Shown one piece after another: positions 59,034-64,000 of a stretch of 64,000 bases of DNA. The notes under the pieces were generated by a model. The model was not told the DNA's origin. It saw only the letters and a program-made list of their open reading frames with translations, and did not search any database. Origin of the DNA: Halobacteriovoraceae bacterium (GTDB lineage: Bacteria > Bdellovibrionota > Bacteriovoracia > Bacteriovoracales > Bacteriovoracaceae); the NCBI GenBank assembly GCA_963719505.1, contig CAVRCF010000005.1:128001-192000 (forward strand), in the 5' to 3' direction. Every line of letters begins with the position of its first letter. Positions within the stretch are counted from its first letter, which is position 1. Made by a program: the position numbers and the translations under genes.

Positions 59034-59840
59034 ATGATCAAATTATTCATGATTCTAATCGTGTCTTCTACTATTGCTTCGGCATCTGAGTGTGAAAATC
59101 TTTATGAGCAAAGAGGGGAGAGTCTCCAAACAACACTAGAGGCCTTTGAGTGTTTTGAAAAAGCTAATGAAGGTGTCTCGGATCAGTTTGAAAAGTCAAA
59201 GAACCTCAATAAAATGGCCTATTTGAAATTCTTCCAAGGCTCTTTTTATGAAAACGATTCCTTAAATGTTCTATACAAATCTTTCTCCTTGGTCCAAGAT
59301 TCTATCAAGTTATTTGGTCCACTTTTTAATAGAGACGCCATTGAAGTCTTAACACAAGATCAAATAGAAGAAGTGGCCCTCTCGTATTATCTGTATGGAA
59401 CTTCGGTATCTAAATATGTTGATTTAAAGGGAAAATGGGAAGCGATCAAGAGAATGTCTGAGATCAAAAATACCATGAAAATGATTCTCTCTCTCAAGCA
59501 GCCAAGCACGTTTCATTTTGGCGCTTATAGAACACTTGCTATTTTCAATTTGAAAGTTCCAAAAATTGCTGGGGGAAGCCTCGCGCGCTCTAAAATGTTT
59601 TTTGAAAAGTTAATGGAAGAAAGTAAAACCTCTCTAGGGGTTATCTCTTATCCTGTAGGACATATCTTTTATGCTGAATATTTAATTAAAACAGGAAACA
59701 AGCAAAGTGCCTGTGCAGAGTTAAACCTGGTTAAATCTTTAACTGATGAACAAATTGAAGCAAATTTTAAAGATCTTGTTTATGAGACCAAAAAAGATAG
59801 AGAAGTCGCAAAAGAGACATTTGAGAACTACTCTTGCTAA
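59034..59840 (+). CDS. Secreted TPR-like protein (TatT-like)
   Basis: Signal peptide; GAYR.LA....P.IAGG...S...F motif. Confidence 0.55.
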   Translation: MIKLFMILIVSSTIASASECENLYEQRGESLQTTLEAFECFEKANEGVSDQFEKSKNLNKMAYLKFFQGSFYENDSLNVLYKSFSLVQDSIKLFGPLFNRDAIEVLTQDQIEEVALSYYLYGTSVSKYVDLKGKWEAIKRMSEIKNTMKMILSLKQPSTFHFGAYRTLAIFNLKVPKIAGGSLARSKMFFEKLMEESKTSLGVISYPVGHIFYAEYLIKTGNKQSACAELNLVKSLTDEQIEANFKDLVYETKKDREVAKETFENYSC

Positions 59841-61054
59841 AATTTTTACTTCTTTTATCTCTTTTTAATGTCGCCAACGCCAAAGAGGTTTTGTCTTCAT
59901 ATAATTTTTTGGCAAATGATCTGTTGCCCCAAGGTGTCTTTACCTTTGGCTATAATAGAGGGCGCACATCAGTCATCACCAACCGTTACAATGATAATGG
60001 TAGAAGAATAACGAATGATGCTTGGAACTCCAGAGATTTAAGCTTTAATGATCTGGTTGAATCATCAAAAGACAAAACGGATAAAGTTTTATCCTCATCA
60101 GCTTTTAAAGCTTTTGGTGTTGAGCTCGATTCTCAAGCGGGGAGTGTTGAAAATAATTTAAATGTTAATACTTCTTCTGAAGTCTTTGTCTTGGGGTATG
60201 GGATTAATAAGAAATCAAACTTCTTTATTATTATACCCACGGTAAATGTAAGTTTTGATATAGAAAGTACTTTTAAGGCTTCAGATTCTTACAATAAACT
60301 TATCGGAGATTTAAGAAATAGCGGCCAGGCCCAAAAAGCGGACTACTTAGAACAGGTCAAAAGAGCCCCGTTAAAGACACGACTAAATGATAACGGACAG
60401 AGGCTTCCAACTGATATTAACTCTATCTCAAATATCTATCTCAATTATAGAAGACAGTTTGATGGCCTTATATCTGACACCTTTGCGATTATCCCTTATG
60501 GATACAAATATAAAACTTCTGATTTTATCGATTTTAGACTCAATGATAACTCTTTGGGGATCAAGCAAGGTCTTGGCTACGATTACTATTTAAATAAAAG
60601 TTCAATTTTAGGTCTCTATGGTAGTTACCACTATAGGTCCCCTTTTAAGATGGACTATAGGATCCCAAGAACACAAAACGATCCCATGTCTTCAGACGTA
60701 GAAGAAGATGTTAATATCAAATACGGTGATCAGGTCGATATGTCGACTCAGTTTGCTTATAAGTGGAATTCTCTTTTAGGCAATTATATTAATTTTAGGT
60801 ATCTCTATTCTTTTCAAGACAGTTATCAGGGGTCAAGGTTTGGGCAAGAACGATATGAGCTCCTTGAAAGAGAGACCGATTCAAAATCTTTAAGTGCACA
60901 GGTGGGCCTCACAATTAATACGATCTCCTCCTTTATAGCCAAAAAGTTTATTCTACCGATTGACTTTAATATTCAATATTCAAAAACTCTTTATGCTCAA
61001 AATTCTTTTGATGCGGATTGGGTCTCTTTGAATCTGATGGTGTTTTACAAATGA
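59834..61054 (+). CDS. Putative outer-membrane beta-barrel protein
   Basis: Signal peptide, aromatic amphipathic strands, C-terminal aromatic residues. Confidence 0.6.
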   Translation: MLKFLLLLSLFNVANAKEVLSSYNFLANDLLPQGVFTFGYNRGRTSVITNRYNDNGRRITNDAWNSRDLSFNDLVESSKDKTDKVLSSSAFKAFGVELDSQAGSVENNLNVNTSSEVFVLGYGINKKSNFFIIIPTVNVSFDIESTFKASDSYNKLIGDLRNSGQAQKADYLEQVKRAPLKTRLNDNGQRLPTDINSISNIYLNYRRQFDGLISDTFAIIPYGYKYKTSDFIDFRLNDNSLGIKQGLGYDYYLNKSSILGLYGSYHYRSPFKMDYRIPRTQNDPMSSDVEEDVNIKYGDQVDMSTQFAYKWNSLLGNYINFRYLYSFQDSYQGSRFGQERYELLERETDSKSLSAQVGLTINTISSFIAKKFILPIDFNIQYSKTLYAQNSFDADWVSLNLMVFYK

Positions 61055-61803
61055 TTAAGTTTCTTTTGATCGCTATTTTTCTCGTTTCTTGTCAGCCAGA
61101 GGTAGATTATAAAAATCTATCAACTTCTTCGGCGACTAATTCAGTTGAGGCTTTAGAGATGCTAGAATTTAATCCTCAAATTGAGATGATGATTCTTTTT
61201 TTATGGCCAGAGGATTTAGGACCAGAAGATGAAAAAGAAGTTGTTGAGATTATTTCAACATCGAGAAAGATCTCTGAAGATAAAGAGAGGTATCTAAAAA
61301 ATCTCTATAAGCTCAATATTGAATACTCTCAAAATAATTGCGACTGTCACTCATTTGGCTTGTGTGATGATGAAGTGGAGATGGATGATGAAATCTTGCT
61401 CATCTGTGATGATATTTCTTCTAACCAAGCTTCAAACAATATGATTCTTGCTAATCTCACCTTAGACCATGAATTTATTAAAGAGAAGCTTGCAGCTATT
61501 GGGGCCATTAATATCGATGTTGGAGTAGACGACGACTATCTTGATATCGGAACTTACGACACGGGATCAAAAATTTTAGTTCTCAATAAATTTGGGTATC
61601 TCGGACAAGAAAAGAAAATTGAATTTAAAATTATTCCTTATTTAGATCTCAATCCAAAAGCAAAATTTGAATTCTCCCTTGATGGAGAGGTTTTCAAAGG
61701 AGATCTTGGGATCTCCAATAGAGAGCATAACGTCATCTACTCAGGCGAAATTGAAACAAGTCGTGGTCTGAGAGGCTTAATCTACTGGGAACATCTAAAA
61801 TAA
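61051..61803 (+). CDS. Acidic lipoprotein
   Basis: Lipobox LVSC; ATGA overlap with the upstream gene. Confidence 0.7.
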   Translation: MIKFLLIAIFLVSCQPEVDYKNLSTSSATNSVEALEMLEFNPQIEMMILFLWPEDLGPEDEKEVVEIISTSRKISEDKERYLKNLYKLNIEYSQNNCDCHSFGLCDDEVEMDDEILLICDDISSNQASNNMILANLTLDHEFIKEKLAAIGAINIDVGVDDDYLDIGTYDTGSKILVLNKFGYLGQEKKIEFKIIPYLDLNPKAKFEFSLDGEVFKGDLGISNREHNVIYSGEIETSRGLRGLIYWEHLK

Positions 61804-61896
61804 TTCTCTATTAATAAAGTTCTTTTATCAGTTATTCTCATTTTTTTGACTATTAGAGGTGGTTTTGTAACTCTATTGTCTTAAAAAGGAGCTCTT

Positions 61897-62700
61897 ATGG
61901 ATAAAACGAATATAACGAACGAATTTAAAGAAATCATCAAACACGGACCCTATAAACTTCGTTTTCCTGAGGGTGAGCTACTTGATCAAGATGAAGAGTG
62001 GTGTGAGATCTTAATTGATGAGGCTTGGGAAAAAATTAGGTTTCACGACTATAGTGATATCTATAAAATCCCAGGTCTTTACGAGACTATCTTTTATAGA
62101 ACACTGGGGACAAATTCACCCTTTCGTATGAGCGAATTTTTAGAGTCCGTCATGACGGAGAAAATGATCAAGCCCAAAGAACTTAGAGTGCTTGATTTTG
62201 GTGCCGGCAATGGGATGAGCGGTGAAGCTCTGCAAAACATTGGGGTTAGAACAATTGTTGGATCCGATCTTTTGCAGGAAGCTAAGAAGGCCAATTGGCG
62301 AGACCGTCCTTGGGTGTATGCTGACTATTTTGCAGAGGACTTTACAAAACTTTCTGAAAGTACTGTCAAGGAGCTTGAAGGTTATAAATTCAATTGTCTT
62401 CTCACCGTGGCAGCTCTTGGATTTGGCGATATTCCACCAGTGGCATTTTTTAAGGCCTATAATCTTATTGAAGATGGTGGTCTGGTGGTCTTTAATTTAA
62501 GAGACGAATTTCTAAAGACCAAAAATAAAAAAGGTTTCTCCAAACTTATAAGCCATATGCTGCAAGAAGAATTTATGGAAATAGAACTTTATAGAAGGTA
62601 TCAACACCGTTTTAATGTTCATGGAGAGGCGCTTTATTATGTTGGAATAGTTGCCACTAAACATAAAGACTTATGTCTTGATGATTTAAACTTTGATTAG
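61897..62700 (+). CDS. Class I SAM-dependent methyltransferase
   Basis: VLDFGAGNG motif I. Confidence 0.85.
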   Translation: MDKTNITNEFKEIIKHGPYKLRFPEGELLDQDEEWCEILIDEAWEKIRFHDYSDIYKIPGLYETIFYRTLGTNSPFRMSEFLESVMTEKMIKPKELRVLDFGAGNGMSGEALQNIGVRTIVGSDLLQEAKKANWRDRPWVYADYFAEDFTKLSESTVKELEGYKFNCLLTVAALGFGDIPPVAFFKAYNLIEDGGLVVFNLRDEFLKTKNKKGFSKLISHMLQEEFMEIELYRRYQHRFNVHGEALYYVGIVATKHKDLCLDDLNFD

Positions 62701-62728
62701 TGCTTAATCTTACCTCTAGGAATTACAG

Positions 62729-63250
62729 ATGAGACATCTCAAAAGCGTCATCCATCCCGATATCGACACCCTTGAAAATAAGTCTATTGTGGTGAGAAAA
62801 GCTGCCAGAGCGATTGCTCTTAGGGCACAGAAGATTCTTATGTTGTACACGCAAAGATATGATGACTACAGTCTGCCTGGAGGGGGCTTGGATCAGGATG
62901 AGCAAATCATTGATGGAATGAGACGAGAATTAGAAGAGGAGACTGGAGCAAAAAATATAAGAGATATAAAAGAGTTTGGGATCTATGAAGAATTTAGACC
63001 TTGGTATAAGAGTGACTATGATATTCAGCATATCATTTCGTTTTGCTACACCTGCAGCGTTGATGAACGTCTTGGCCAAACGGCTTTTGAGCACTACGAA
63101 GTAAGCAATGGCATGAAGCCGGTTTGGATCAATATCCATGACGCCATTGCTCACAATGAGAAAACCCAAGCTTTTAGTGACAAAAAAGGCATGTCTATTG
63201 AAAGAGAGATCTCTCTTTTGCATCTGATAAAGAATGAACTCATCAAGTAA
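62729..63250 (+). CDS. NUDIX hydrolase
   Basis: LPGGG.....E......RELEEETG Nudix box. Confidence 0.92.
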   Translation: MRHLKSVIHPDIDTLENKSIVVRKAARAIALRAQKILMLYTQRYDDYSLPGGGLDQDEQIIDGMRRELEEETGAKNIRDIKEFGIYEEFRPWYKSDYDIQHIISFCYTCSVDERLGQTAFEHYEVSNGMKPVWINIHDAIAHNEKTQAFSDKKGMSIEREISLLHLIKNELIK

Positions 63251-63281
63251 GTTGATAAAAAATATCTTGTGTGATCAGCTT

Positions 63282-63818
63282 TTATAATCTCTTTATTACG
63301 CTAACTGGGACCGCTCTTTCATCTGAGGCCAGATTCATGATGCCATCTTCAATCGTGCAAGTCAGCCTCATCGATTTTTCGACAAGGTCTTCAAGATTCC
63401 CATCTTCCAATAGCTCAAAGTGATAGATATTGATTTTTTCGTTATCAATGAATTTATCCTTGATTTTGGTTAGCCACTCTTGGGTTTTATTTTTGTGGTA
63501 GGTATAAATACTCACTTTCTTCGATTTACCAGCAGCTTGCTTTATTCTTTTCTCATCCGGTAAACCCAGCTCAATCCAGTGAAGAATGTCACCTGTAAGA
63601 CTTTGTTGCCATAACTCGGGCTCATCCACATTGGAGAGTCCTTGTGTAAATTTTAAATCCTCATGAGCACTATGGATGAAGGCCAAGAGGCGAAACATCA
63701 TACGCGACTCACTTTCTGAGGGGTGCTGGGCCAATGTCAGATCAAACTCTTGGTAAAAGTGAGTTTCAAGATTTGAGATGAAAATATTTAGTTTATATAT
63801 GGTCGCACTCAAGGCCAT
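63282..63818 (-). CDS. yaeQ: YaeQ family protein
   Basis: MAL.ATIYK, AQHPSE..RMM.RLLA, GLS..DEP.LW, WIELG.PDEKRI. Confidence 0.92.
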   Translation of the reverse strand: MALSATIYKLNIFISNLETHFYQEFDLTLAQHPSESESRMMFRLLAFIHSAHEDLKFTQGLSNVDEPELWQQSLTGDILHWIELGLPDEKRIKQAAGKSKKVSIYTYHKNKTQEWLTKIKDKFIDNEKINIYHFELLEDGNLEDLVEKSMRLTCTIEDGIMNLASDERAVPVSVIKRL

Positions 63819-64000
63819 TAAAACTCCTAAGATTGAGATTGAGAACTTAAAGCTTAGCTTTATGACGTACTCAAGACAATAACTTTTACTAAGTAGTAAC
63901 CTGTAATAGTCAGCTACTTCGTTCAAGAAAAGTAAATAACATACAACCTTAATAACTTTTAAGGTTCTTTATTAAATATTTAAAGTAAAATTGTCGATAG

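Noticed and set aside
1-64000. CRISPR array, rRNA or retron/RT locus
   Set aside because: No regularly spaced repeats, rRNA-like sequence, cas genes or reverse-transcriptase motifs were seen.

Overview
This AT-rich window most likely comes from a predatory Bdellovibrionota bacterium (Bacteriovorax/Halobacteriovorax-like; inferred from gene content). The left half holds tRNA-Met(CAT), tilS-ftsH-folP, a subtilase, an AGCS symporter, namZ and thyA-folA. A ten-gene Agl/Glt-type gliding-motility cluster follows, closed by a second folA. The main find is a ~14.9-kb tyrosine-integrase element (33757-48673) inserted into the first codons of mutM/fpg. The displaced native 5' end (MPELPE) sits at 48666-48683. 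The element supplies a synonymous replacement 5' end and its own extended -10 promoter, next to ATGCCA(G/T)C arm-like repeats found at both ends. Its cargo is int, two xis-like genes, a divergent HTH / YhaV-like toxin pair with a palindromic operator, and a SIR2-HerA defence pair. That pair is followed in the same apparent operon by a membrane/Sel1-like protein and an IS-broken M48 peptidase. Three IS3-family (IS2-like) insertions lie inside the element. The right part holds assorted secreted and housekeeping genes, including one ORF broken by a single in-frame TGA. All functional calls rest on motif recognition by eye; no database searches were run.
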